Under the pieces are notes generated by a model, which was not told the DNA's origin, made no database searches, and worked only from the letters and a program-made list of their open reading frames with translations. From NCBI RefSeq assembly GCF_000012465.1, contig NC_007335.2, positions 300,001 through 332,000 of the forward strand: a stretch of 32,000 bases of DNA. Reading direction: 5' to 3'. Shown one piece after another: positions 1 to 8,431 of this stretch. This DNA is from Prochlorococcus marinus str. NATL2A (GTDB lineage: Bacteria > Cyanobacteriota > Cyanobacteriia > PCC-6307 > Cyanobiaceae). Each line of letters starts with the position of its first letter. Position 1 is the stretch's first letter. Position numbers and translations under genes: made by a program.

Positions 1-408
1 ACAATGTTGCAAAGATTTGGACCTGCTCAATTGAATGAACATTTTCTAGCTATTAATACCATTTGTGATGCTACTGAAGAAAGACAAGGAGCAATGTTTT
101 CGCTAGTTGATGAACCTCTTGATCTTATGGTTGTAATTGGTGGATTCAATTCTTCTAACACAACTCATCTTCAAGAAATCGCAATCAGCAGGGGGATTCG
201 TTCATTTCATATTGATACTCCAGAGAGAATTGGAGAAGAGACGAATACCATTACTCATATGCCTCTAGAGGGAGGTGAATTGTTAACTGAGGAAAATTTT
301 CTTCAAAACGGAAATATTAGTGTAGGTATTACTTCGGGTGCTTCAACTCCTGACCGTGTAGTCGAAGATGTTATTCACAAGCTAATGAAAATAGGCGAAA
401 ATTTTTGA
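1..408 (+). CDS. ispH: 4-hydroxy-3-methylbut-2-enyl diphosphate reductase (IspH/LytB), C-terminal part; 5' end lies outside the window
   Basis: Frame 1 is open from the window edge to TGA at 406-408. The translation contains [18 protein letters not shown] and ITSGASTPD, which are typical C-terminal IspH motifs. Confidence 0.85.
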   Translation, partial: TMLQRFGPAQLNEHFLAINTICDATEERQGAMFSLVDEPLDLMVVIGGFNSSNTTHLQEIAISRGIRSFHIDTPERIGEETNTITHMPLEGGELLTEENFLQNGNISVGITSGASTPDRVVEDVIHKLMKIGENF

Positions 409-470
409 TAAGAAAAAAACGCAATTTTGCTCCAATCTCTCGTAGGATAGTTAATAGTTTTTAGTGGAAG

Positions 471-1004
471 ATGACTCAAGCAAACAAATCTAATCTTAAA
501 GATCCTGATTCACAAAAAGTTGAAGTGGTTGTTCAAAGCCCTGAAGGTGAAGTGAATATTTTTGGTGAACTGTCAATCTTTGTACTGAGAGTTAGTTTTA
601 GTTTGTTCATGGTTCATCACGGTCTGGAAAAATTGAGTGATCCAGGAGGATTCGCCGAATTTGTGGTAGGCAAATACTTCAGCTTTCTTCCTGGTGATCC
701 TGTGATTTGGACTTATTTGGCGGCAGTAACTCAAATAGTTTGTCCAATTGGACTGGCAACCGGAGTATTGGCAAGATTATCCTCTTTGGGTCTACTCTCA
801 ACTATGGTTTTTGCTTTGTATTTCCATTTCATAGATACTGGTTTAGAGGGATTCCCTTTTGCTGTAGTCGAAAATCACAATTATATTTTTGAATTATCCG
901 CTATTTATGCAGCAATATCATTTTATTTCTTGTGTGCAGGTCCTGGTAGATTATCACTTTTAAGGAAATCCAATAAAATAACTTATTATCCAAAAGGATC
1001 ATAA
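471..1004 (+). CDS. DoxX-family integral membrane protein
   Basis: 177-aa ORF with an ATG start. It has about four hydrophobic helices and the MVHHGLEKL segment typical of the first DoxX helix. The function is only a family-level guess. Confidence 0.6.
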   Translation: MTQANKSNLKDPDSQKVEVVVQSPEGEVNIFGELSIFVLRVSFSLFMVHHGLEKLSDPGGFAEFVVGKYFSFLPGDPVIWTYLAAVTQIVCPIGLATGVLARLSSLGLLSTMVFALYFHFIDTGLEGFPFAVVENHNYIFELSAIYAAISFYFLCAGPGRLSLLRKSNKITYYPKGS

Positions 1005-1065
1005 TTAAGTATAAATTTAAAGTAAGAAATAATATATTTAAGAAATCCAACTCTTTGAGTTTGAC

Positions 1066-2622
1066 TCAATGTAAAAAGTGCCTTTTACCAGTAAGAATCA
1101 TTTTTATTCCTAATTCATTGCAGGCTTTAATAGAATCTTCGTCTCTAATGCTTCCACCAGGCTGAATAATTGAACTAATACCATAATCAGAAGCCATCTT
1201 TACAGTATCGTCGAATGGGAAAAAACCATCACTAGCCAAAACAGCACCTTTTGATTTTGTACCAGCAGCTTCTAATGCAAGTTTTGCTGAACCTACCCTA
1301 TTCATTTGGCCAGCTCCAATCCCTAGACTCTGCTGATTGGATGCAACAGCTATTGCGTTTGATCGTATATGTTTTACAATTTTCCAAGCAAAAGATAAGT
1401 CATTCATTTCTTCATCTGTTGGGATTAGTTCAGTAACACTTTTCCATTTTTTTTGATCAATACTTGGTTCGTCTAAATCTTGAATTAATAAACCACCAAG
1501 TATGCTTCTTATGTGATTTTTATCTGCTTTTTGGACAGACTCAGCTTTTAATTCTAAGAGCCTAAGATTTTTCTTTTTTGAAAGTATTTCTTTTGCAGTT
1601 TCATCAAAATATGGAGCTACAACACATTCAATAAATATATTTTCAATTTCTTTTGCTGCAGCTTCATCAACGGGGCAATTGATAGCAATAATACCCCCAA
1701 AAGCACTTACTCTATCGCCATCTAATGCTCTTTTAAGAGCTGAAGATGGAGAATCTCCAATAGCTACTCCACAAGGATTTGTATGCTTAATTACTACCGC
1801 TGCTTTTTGATATGAAGGGTTACTAATATTATTTTTATACCCAAATTCACGAAGAGTAGATAAAGCAGCCTCCAGATCTAGAAGATTATTTGTACTTAAT
1901 TCTTTGCCTTGTAATTGATTAGCTCCACTCCATCCTTTTTCAGGCTCTCCATACCATGAAGCTTTTTGATGAGGATTTTCTCCATACCTAAGTTCTTGCT
2001 TTAATGGCAAGCTTTGCAACCAAGAAACCTTTTTTGAGGAGCTTTGGTTGGCAATCCAATTACTTATTGTTAGGTCATACGTCGCGGTATGCTCAAAAGC
2101 TTGTTGCGAATATTTTTTTCGTAATTCAGTAGTGATCTTTTTTGATTTATAGGCATCAATTAAGTTTGAGTATTGACTTGGATCAGTAACTACAAGAACA
2201 TCTTGATGGTTTTTTGCTGCTGCTCGGATCATTGTTGGACCACCAATATCAATATTTTCGATAGCTTCCTCCCATGAAACATTCTCTTTGGAAATTGTTT
2301 TTACAAATGGATATAAGTTAACAACCACCAAGTCTATTGGATTGATATTTTGTTTATCTAAATCATCTAAATGAGATTGTTTATCTCGTCTGGCTAATAT
2401 CCCTCCATGAATTTTTGGGTTTAGAGTTTTTACTCTTCCTCCAAGAATCTCTGGGAATCCTGTGTAATCTGCGACTCTTGTAACAGGAAGATTTTCACTC
2501 TCAATTAACTTTGCAGTCCCGCCACTTGAAATGATTTTGAAGCCCAGATCATTAACTAATGCTTTCGCAAGTGGAATTAAGCCAGTTTTGTCTGAGACAC
2601 TTAGCAGAGCTATCGGTGACAT
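1066..2622 (-). CDS. purH: Bifunctional AICAR formyltransferase / IMP cyclohydrolase
   Basis: 518 aa with an ATG start. The N-terminal MGS-like domain begins [10 protein letters not shown], and [12 protein letters not shown], the C-terminal AICARFT region and the ending RHFLH are all characteristic of PurH. Confidence 0.95.
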   Translation of the reverse strand: MSPIALLSVSDKTGLIPLAKALVNDLGFKIISSGGTAKLIESENLPVTRVADYTGFPEILGGRVKTLNPKIHGGILARRDKQSHLDDLDKQNINPIDLVVVNLYPFVKTISKENVSWEEAIENIDIGGPTMIRAAAKNHQDVLVVTDPSQYSNLIDAYKSKKITTELRKKYSQQAFEHTATYDLTISNWIANQSSSKKVSWLQSLPLKQELRYGENPHQKASWYGEPEKGWSGANQLQGKELSTNNLLDLEAALSTLREFGYKNNISNPSYQKAAVVIKHTNPCGVAIGDSPSSALKRALDGDRVSAFGGIIAINCPVDEAAAKEIENIFIECVVAPYFDETAKEILSKKKNLRLLELKAESVQKADKNHIRSILGGLLIQDLDEPSIDQKKWKSVTELIPTDEEMNDLSFAWKIVKHIRSNAIAVASNQQSLGIGAGQMNRVGSAKLALEAAGTKSKGAVLASDGFFPFDDTVKMASDYGISSIIQPGGSIRDEDSIKACNELGIKMILTGKRHFLH

Positions 2623-2686
2623 TTTTATTTTTTGAAATCGATTCTTTTCGATAACCTACGCATCAAAGAAGCATATTGCATTCAAG

Positions 2687-3292
2687 ATGACTGAACTCAT
2701 CTCCTTAAATTCTGAATCCGCAACAAATAGATTGGTTTTACTTCATGGTTGGGGGGCAGATGCCCATGATTTAATGCCTATTGGAAAATTATTAACTGAT
2801 GGATTAAAAGATCCTTTTGAAATAATTTCTCTCTCTGCTCCTCAGCCTCATCCAAGTGGATCAGGTAGGCAATGGTACCCTTTATACCCTCACGAGTGGG
2901 AGCAGGTCCCAAATGCAGTATTAGATCTTGAAAAACGCTTAAATAATCTTTGCACTAAACAAATTCCTTTAGAAAAGACAGTGTTATTGGGCTTTTCTCA
3001 AGGAGGTGCAATGGCTTTAGATCTTGCAACAAGAATTAAATTTCAGGGAGTTTTTGCACTTAGCTCTTATCCACATCCAGATTGGGAACCTATGAAAAAT
3101 ATGTCACCTATTTTTCTTTGCCATGGGGAAATGGACGATGTGGTTCCCAAAGCTGCTTCTAATAAAAGCCTTGATATGTTGTTAAAAAATGGAATTAAAG
3201 CAGAATTATATTTTTTTGATGGAGGCCATGAAATTAATAATGATCTAATTCATTATTGCCGTGGAAAAATTGAACAACAATTTTTAAGTTAA
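2687..3292 (+). CDS. Phospholipase/carboxylesterase-family alpha/beta hydrolase
   Basis: 201 aa. It has the nucleophile elbow GFSQGG plus downstream Asp (EMDDVVP) and His (GGHEI), the triad order of this esterase family. Confidence 0.8.
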   Translation: MTELISLNSESATNRLVLLHGWGADAHDLMPIGKLLTDGLKDPFEIISLSAPQPHPSGSGRQWYPLYPHEWEQVPNAVLDLEKRLNNLCTKQIPLEKTVLLGFSQGGAMALDLATRIKFQGVFALSSYPHPDWEPMKNMSPIFLCHGEMDDVVPKAASNKSLDMLLKNGIKAELYFFDGGHEINNDLIHYCRGKIEQQFLS

Positions 3293-3657
3293 ACAAAAGC
3301 GTATTCGTACTCTTCGATTTCTTCCCAGTCATCTGCTGTAAGTTCTAAACCAGCAAAGATTTTGTCTTCACCTAGAAATTCAACAATTACTCTTAAAGAA
3401 GGGAACAGAAAATGATTTTCTTCAGCATATTGAGCACTGAACAAACCTTTCTCCCCCCAAAAAAATCGATCAGTTGTGTGTTCATTACGACGTACATTTA
3501 ATATCGCTGGAGCATAGAGCCCCTCTTCTGCAATAAATCTTCTGGCTGCTGTTACTGGCTTGTGCTGACCTGTACCTAGATGGAAAATAGGTACATGAGA
3601 CATAACACGCTGTCCTGCAAGTCTTCTTCTGCTAATTCTTTTGCGCTTCTTAGACAT
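3289..3657 (-). CDS. Conserved hypothetical protein with a strongly basic N-terminus (possibly a cyanobacteria-restricted DUF family)
   Basis: 122-aa ORF with an ATG start and no competing ORF. The N-terminus is MSKKRKRISRRRLAGQR and the C-terminus is acidic (DDWEEIEEYEY). Its stop codon interlocks with the esterase stop (TTAA at 3289-3292). I recognise no catalytic motif. Confidence 0.6.
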   Translation of the reverse strand: MSKKRKRISRRRLAGQRVMSHVPIFHLGTGQHKPVTAARRFIAEEGLYAPAILNVRRNEHTTDRFFWGEKGLFSAQYAEENHFLFPSLRVIVEFLGEDKIFAGLELTADDWEEIEEYEYAFV

Positions 3658-3937
3658 GAAAAAACTACCTTTATTTGTTGGGAGAGAGTTAGAGGTTTTT
3701 CTTTTTTATTAGCTCTAGACTAAGCAAGAGTTTTTAAGAAAAATAAGTTGAAACTGAGGAGAAAAGTTTGTCTCAAATAATTAAAAAGTTGACTACAGAG
3801 GTTACCCATCAATCTCTGCAACAGCCTCAAAGTCACTTAAAGTGCTCACTTTTTGATTAAATTTGAGATAGCCTCCTAGTTAAGTAATCTAAATTCTTTA
3901 TTAACATCTTAATACTTTTTTCAATTTTTTCAAGTTT

Positions 3938-3966
3938 TTGAATATTTCGTTTCCCCTGTCTAAAAT
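3938..3966 (+). promoter_or_regulatory. Candidate sigma70-type promoter for the histidine kinase gene
   Basis: TTGAAT (3938-3943), a 17-nt spacer, then TAAAAT (3961-3966). The -10 element ends 6 nt before the ATG at 3973. AT-rich DNA yields many such matches by chance. Confidence 0.25.
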
Positions 3967-3972
3967 TGCAGA

Positions 3973-5094
3973 ATGACTTCAACGCAGTATTCAGAACGGT
4001 TTTTGAATTTTGTTCAACAACAGTTGATGAGCTTTCAAGCTGATCAGGAGCTCGAGCATGTTGTTGTTTATGTAGCTAGATCTGGAGAAAGTGGATCCCC
4101 TACTTTGGAAGTAGTAGGCCAGTGGCCGAAGTCAGAGAAATTTTTACAGCCAGTAGAAACTGATACTGCCCTTCGCACACCATCTTCTAATAGAAGATGG
4201 TACCCATTGCAGGAGGGGTCAATATTGTTAGGCGTTATACGCGCGGAGAGATTCGCTACTGAAGAAGAATGGCGTGAGTCTCTTGATCAACGCCTGCAAT
4301 CAATGTCAATTTTGATGGCTAACTCTCTCGCTTCTGAACTTGATAGAAAAAGGTTATTAGATCAATTAGATGATCAAAAGGAGCAGATATCATTAATGGT
4401 TCATCAGCTCAGAAATCCACTAGCTGCTCTTGGTACCTATGCAAAACTTCTTTTGAGGAAAATAGGTCCTGAAAGTGAAAATGAAAACCTTGTAAAAGGT
4501 CTGATGAACGAACAAGCACAAGTTAATAAATATCTTTCTGCGCTCGATCAACTTAGTCAGGTAAAACTACCTCAAGCTGATGATGGATCAAACAGATTGC
4601 TCTTGCCTCCACTTTTGCCAAGTGAGACTTACATCAGTGTAAAAAGCTTAATCGAGCCATTGATTGAGAGAGCTAAGGCTAGAGCTAATTTGCAAGGCAG
4701 GAACTGGTATGGGCCTTCAAAATGGCCATTATGGATGGAAGCAAAATCAATTTCAGAAGGAGTTATTGCTGAAATAGTTGCAAATCTTTTGGAGAACGCA
4801 TTTCGGTATAGCCCTCCTAAAGCCTCTATTGGTATTGAAGTAATCGAAGAGGGGATATGTATTTGGGATGAGGGCACCCCAATAAAGGAGGAAGAAAGAG
4901 AAAAGATTTTTCAGAAGGGTTTTAGGGGAGAAAGTGGTTCAAAAATGTCTGGAAGTGGGATAGGTCTTGCTCTTGCTAGAGATTTGGCTAGACAACTAGG
5001 TGGAGATTTGCAGTTATTAGTTGATCCAAGCAAATTTAAAAACTCTTTGCCTGAATCAGGGAATGCTTTCGTTTTTAATTTGGAACCAAAATGA
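3973..5094 (+). CDS. Soluble two-component sensor histidine kinase with a GAF-like N-terminal domain (Hik2/CSK-like architecture)
   Basis: 373 aa with no transmembrane helix. It has an H-box (MVHQLRNPLAAL), N-box (ANLLENAFRY), F-box (IFQKGFRG) and G2-box (GSGIGLALA). The Hik2 assignment is an inference from domain order only. Confidence 0.8.
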   Translation: MTSTQYSERFLNFVQQQLMSFQADQELEHVVVYVARSGESGSPTLEVVGQWPKSEKFLQPVETDTALRTPSSNRRWYPLQEGSILLGVIRAERFATEEEWRESLDQRLQSMSILMANSLASELDRKRLLDQLDDQKEQISLMVHQLRNPLAALGTYAKLLLRKIGPESENENLVKGLMNEQAQVNKYLSALDQLSQVKLPQADDGSNRLLLPPLLPSETYISVKSLIEPLIERAKARANLQGRNWYGPSKWPLWMEAKSISEGVIAEIVANLLENAFRYSPPKASIGIEVIEEGICIWDEGTPIKEEEREKIFQKGFRGESGSKMSGSGIGLALARDLARQLGGDLQLLVDPSKFKNSLPESGNAFVFNLEPK

Positions 5095-5857
5095 TACTTA
5101 ATAGTAATAAATTAGTAGTTTCCGTTATCACTAAACCTGCTCCATAACTATCACCATTATGTCCTCCTAGCAATTTATTTATAAAGTGTGGGATTAATAT
5201 TGAAGTTGTTAATCCTGAGAAAATGCAATATACCAATAATAAAGTATTAGATAAATTTAAGTTGGTTGTAGATAAAAAAAATATTATGCCAATACAAATT
5301 ATTATTAATGAAGGTCTTATTTCTTGGGAGATGCCTCTCCAGTATTTTTGATGAATGGAACCAAACTCTTTATTGAGAATATATTCATAATTTTCAATAG
5401 CAAATATTTGGGAGAATCGTCCCCAGAAGGCGGCTATTGGAAAAGCAAAAGGAGCATAAAAACCAAGTTTGATAATTGCGGCTATTTGAAGGACTAAAAT
5501 AATTACTAAACTTTGCACACCTATAGCTCCAACTCGGCTGTCTTTCATGGCCTCAATTTGCTTTGATGGCCCTGCACCAATCCCATCAGCCGTATCCATT
5601 AACCCGTCAATATGAAGTCCACCAGTTATGCAGATGCTAATTGCAATAGATATCAAGGCGATAGAAGTATGAGGCCAATCAAAGTAGTTAAATACAAGCC
5701 AAAAAAAAGATTGTGAAAAGCCGATTAAAAGTCCTATTAAAGGAGCAAAGCGAGCAATTCTTTTGAACCTAGGTTTAAGTAATGGCCATTGAGGCAGAAT
5801 TGTGTAGAAGACCCATGCACCTGCAAGGTCACCTAGCCAGTTTTTAAAAATCAGAAT
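5075..5857 (-). CDS. cobS: Adenosylcobinamide-GDP ribazoletransferase (cobalamin 5'-phosphate synthase); start codon uncertain and probably non-canonical
   Basis: It contains the HIDGLMDTADG motif and is a multi-helix membrane protein. The track begins at TTG 5656, but the frame is open up to TAA at 5878-5876 and encodes a CobS-like N-terminus (WVFYTILP...FAPLIGLLIG). The only near-cognate starts are ATT at 5857 and 5851 and CTG at 5854. Confidence 0.7.
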   Translation of the reverse strand: MLIFKNWLGDLAGAWVFYTILPQWPLLKPRFKRIARFAPLIGLLIGFSQSFFWLVFNYFDWPHTSIALISIAISICITGGLHIDGLMDTADGIGAGPSKQIEAMKDSRVGAIGVQSLVIILVLQIAAIIKLGFYAPFAFPIAAFWGRFSQIFAIENYEYILNKEFGSIHQKYWRGISQEIRPSLIIICIGIIFFLSTTNLNLSNTLLLVYCIFSGLTTSILIPHFINKLLGGHNGDSYGAGLVITETTNLLLLSIILVPN

Positions 5858-5930
5858 TACAGCCTCAACTGTTCCTTAACTCTCAAATTAGTTATATAAC
5901 TAATTTAAGTTATGGAATATTTAAGAATAA

Positions 5931-7061
5931 TTGAAAAAGCCCTTATTCGATTTCCAAATAAAAAGTAGATGCAAAACGACATTAGCTCGTGTCTGTTCTT
6001 TTAAAACTCCAAATGGAATTGTAAATACTCCAAAATTCATGCCTGTTGGGACTTTAGGAACAGTCAAAGGAGTTACATCTCAGCAACTTGAGAAAACAGG
6101 GGCTGAAATGATTCTTGCAAATACTTTTCATCTTCATCTTCAACCAGGAGAAAAAATAGTTCAAGATGCAGGAGGACTACATAAATTTATGAGTTGGAAT
6201 AAACCAATTCTTACTGACTCAGGAGGCTTTCAAGTATTTAGTTTGGCAAAATTAAATAAAATAGATGATGAAGGAGTCTCGTTTCAAAGTCCAAGAGATG
6301 GTAAACATATTTATTTGACTCCTGAAAAAGCTATTGAAATTCAAATGGCTTTAGGGTCAGATGTGGCAATGGCTTTTGATCAATGCCCCCCTTACCCAGC
6401 AAGCGAATCAGACGTTGAGGAGGCTTGCAAGAGAACCCATCATTGGTTGGAGAGATGTTTGAATGCTCATAAGAAAAATGATCAAGCAGTTTTTGGAATA
6501 GTTCAAGGTGGTTGCTTCCCTCATTTAAGGGAATTAAGTGCAAAAATTGTCTCAGGATTCGGTTTACCAGGAATTGCTATTGGAGGAGTAAGCGTAGGTG
6601 AACCCATAAATCAAATGCACAAAATCGTACGAGAAACCTGCCCTTTATTACCTCAAGATCGACCTAGATACTTAATGGGAATTGGAACCTTAAGAGAAAT
6701 GGCCATTGCAGTAGCAAATGGAGTTGACATGTTCGATTGTGTAATTCCTACGCGGCTGGGAAGGCATGGAAGCGCATTAGTTAATGGAGAAACATGGAAT
6801 CTAAGGAATTCACGTTTTAAAGACGATTACAGCTCATTAGACCCAACATGTACTTGTGAAGCTTGTACGGGATATTCAAGAGCATATATTCATCATTTAA
6901 TTCGCAATAAAGAATTACTAGGTCTTACACTTTTGAGTATCCATAACCTTACGCATTTGATCCGTTTTACAGGTGCTATGAGGCAAGCAATTACTGAAGG
7001 TTGTTTTTCAGAGGATTTCGCTCCGTGGCAGAGTGACTCTAAAGCGCGTCATACGTGGTAG
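5931..7061 (+). CDS. tgt: Queuine tRNA-ribosyltransferase
   Basis: 376 aa with an apparent TTG start. It has [18 protein letters not shown] and the zinc site [17 protein letters not shown]. Confidence 0.95.
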   Translation: MKKPLFDFQIKSRCKTTLARVCSFKTPNGIVNTPKFMPVGTLGTVKGVTSQQLEKTGAEMILANTFHLHLQPGEKIVQDAGGLHKFMSWNKPILTDSGGFQVFSLAKLNKIDDEGVSFQSPRDGKHIYLTPEKAIEIQMALGSDVAMAFDQCPPYPASESDVEEACKRTHHWLERCLNAHKKNDQAVFGIVQGGCFPHLRELSAKIVSGFGLPGIAIGGVSVGEPINQMHKIVRETCPLLPQDRPRYLMGIGTLREMAIAVANGVDMFDCVIPTRLGRHGSALVNGETWNLRNSRFKDDYSSLDPTCTCEACTGYSRAYIHHLIRNKELLGLTLLSIHNLTHLIRFTGAMRQAITEGCFSEDFAPWQSDSKARHTW

Positions 7062-7095
7062 CGTGCGTGCTTGATACGTCCATTATTTCTTAGGG

Positions 7096-7239
7096 ATGGC
7101 ACTGATTAATTTCGACTTGCTTGCTGAACTTCCACTTGCATACCAAGCTTTTGCACCAACAGTGGATGTACTTCCGCTAATACCTCTTTTCTTTTTTCTG
7201 CTTGTTTTTGTTTGGCAAGCGGCAGTTGGCTTTCGTTAA
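7096..7239 (+). CDS. psbK: Photosystem II reaction centre protein K
   Basis: This gene is not in the ORF track because it is only 47 aa. ATG at 7096 to TAA at 7237-7239 translates to [47 protein letters not shown]. The ending [25 protein letters not shown] is the PsbK signature. Confidence 0.9.
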   Translation: MALINFDLLAELPLAYQAFAPTVDVLPLIPLFFFLLVFVWQAAVGFR

Positions 7240-7371
7240 AAGCGAAGTTTTTCTGCTGGATTTTTAAAAAATTAACTAATCGATTAGATATTCTTAACAA
7301 AATAAAATTTTTGTTCGAAGTAAGACATCGGGCAAATATTTTATTTTTTTGAGTTAATTAATCAGGCTTAT

Positions 7372-8394
7372 CTAGATCCCTTTGCTTAGCAAAATGTCTT
7401 CACTTGATGTTGATACTGCCTTTTCAATTAAATCAGCCAGATGAAGTGCTCTAGAAGCTTGAAGCCCGTCTACAGCTGGCTTCTCTTCCCCTCTGACGCA
7501 TTGTAGAAAATGCTCCAGTTCTGCATACAACGGCTCAATTGATGTTGTACTCACTTCTTCAATAAAACCATCGTTTCTATAAAGTAATTCTCCATGATCA
7601 GCTGAATACCATTCATGAGCCTTTCTATGAATGTGAATATTGTGATTTAGGAAATCTGTTTCAATAAGACTTTCTTTGCAATGAGCGCTCAAACTTCTGA
7701 TTTTTTTGTGACTCATTTTGCTTGCAGTCAGACTTGCAACCACTCCGTTTTGAAAACCCAGTGTTGCGTTAACGTAATCCATAGGTCCATCTCCACTGCA
7801 TCCTCCAACGGCAGCAAGTCTTATTACTTTTGAATTTGCAAGTTCAATAACTAAATCAATATCGTGAATCATTAAGTCTAAAACGACCGACACATCATTA
7901 GCTCTCTCTGGATGAGGACTGTGCCTTCTTGCTTCAAGAACTACAACTTCTTCATTAGCAACTACTTTTGTCAATTCTCTAAATGCTGGATTAAATCTTT
8001 CTATATGACCAACTTGTAATAATTTTTTTGCATTGTTGGAAGCATTGATCAAAGATGATGCCTCTTCTTTATTTGCTGCTATTGGTTTTTCAATTAAAAC
8101 ATGTTTACCAGCCTTTAGACATTCTAGACCAACTTCATGGTGAAATAACGTAGGTACAGCAATACATACAGCTTCTACTTGATGTAATAAATCCTTGTAG
8201 TTTCCAAACCAATTACAATTAAATTGCTCCATAGCCAACTTTCCTCGTTCTTCGTCTAAATCCGCAACTCCAATTAGCTCAGCATCTTTGAGAAGACTAA
8301 GTACTCTCGCATGATGCCACCCCATATTCCCAATTCCTATTACCCCAACTTTTACAGGAATAATATTTTCTTTGATCTTGGAAATTGTTTTCAT
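7372..8394 (-). CDS. Gfo/Idh/MocA-family NAD(P)-dependent oxidoreductase
   Basis: 340 aa. It has an N-terminal Rossmann motif (VGVIGIGNMGWHH) and the family EKP motif (VLIEKPIA). The substrate is unknown. Confidence 0.8.
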   Translation of the reverse strand: MKTISKIKENIIPVKVGVIGIGNMGWHHARVLSLLKDAELIGVADLDEERGKLAMEQFNCNWFGNYKDLLHQVEAVCIAVPTLFHHEVGLECLKAGKHVLIEKPIAANKEEASSLINASNNAKKLLQVGHIERFNPAFRELTKVVANEEVVVLEARRHSPHPERANDVSVVLDLMIHDIDLVIELANSKVIRLAAVGGCSGDGPMDYVNATLGFQNGVVASLTASKMSHKKIRSLSAHCKESLIETDFLNHNIHIHRKAHEWYSADHGELLYRNDGFIEEVSTTSIEPLYAELEHFLQCVRGEEKPAVDGLQASRALHLADLIEKAVSTSSEDILLSKGI

Positions 8395-8431
8395 GTTTAC
8401 TTTCTTATTAATTAATAGTCTGTTTTATAAA

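Noticed and set aside
3768-3860. A 30-codon TTG ORF with an upstream GAGGAG, considered as a protein-coding feature.
   Set aside because: It has no recognisable peptide family, a non-ATG start, and the region is AT-rich. I kept it only as part of the intergenic-region finding, not as a feature.
7276-7287. A perfect 12-nt palindrome, CTAATCGATTAG, in the psbK/oxidoreductase spacer.
   Set aside because: Roughly eight or more perfect 12-nt palindromes are expected by chance in 32 kb of AT-rich sequence. There is no second copy or nearby partner site.
7106-7300. A 64-aa minus-strand ORF downstream of tgt.
   Set aside because: It is the antisense shadow of psbK. The plus strand encodes a perfect PsbK signature.
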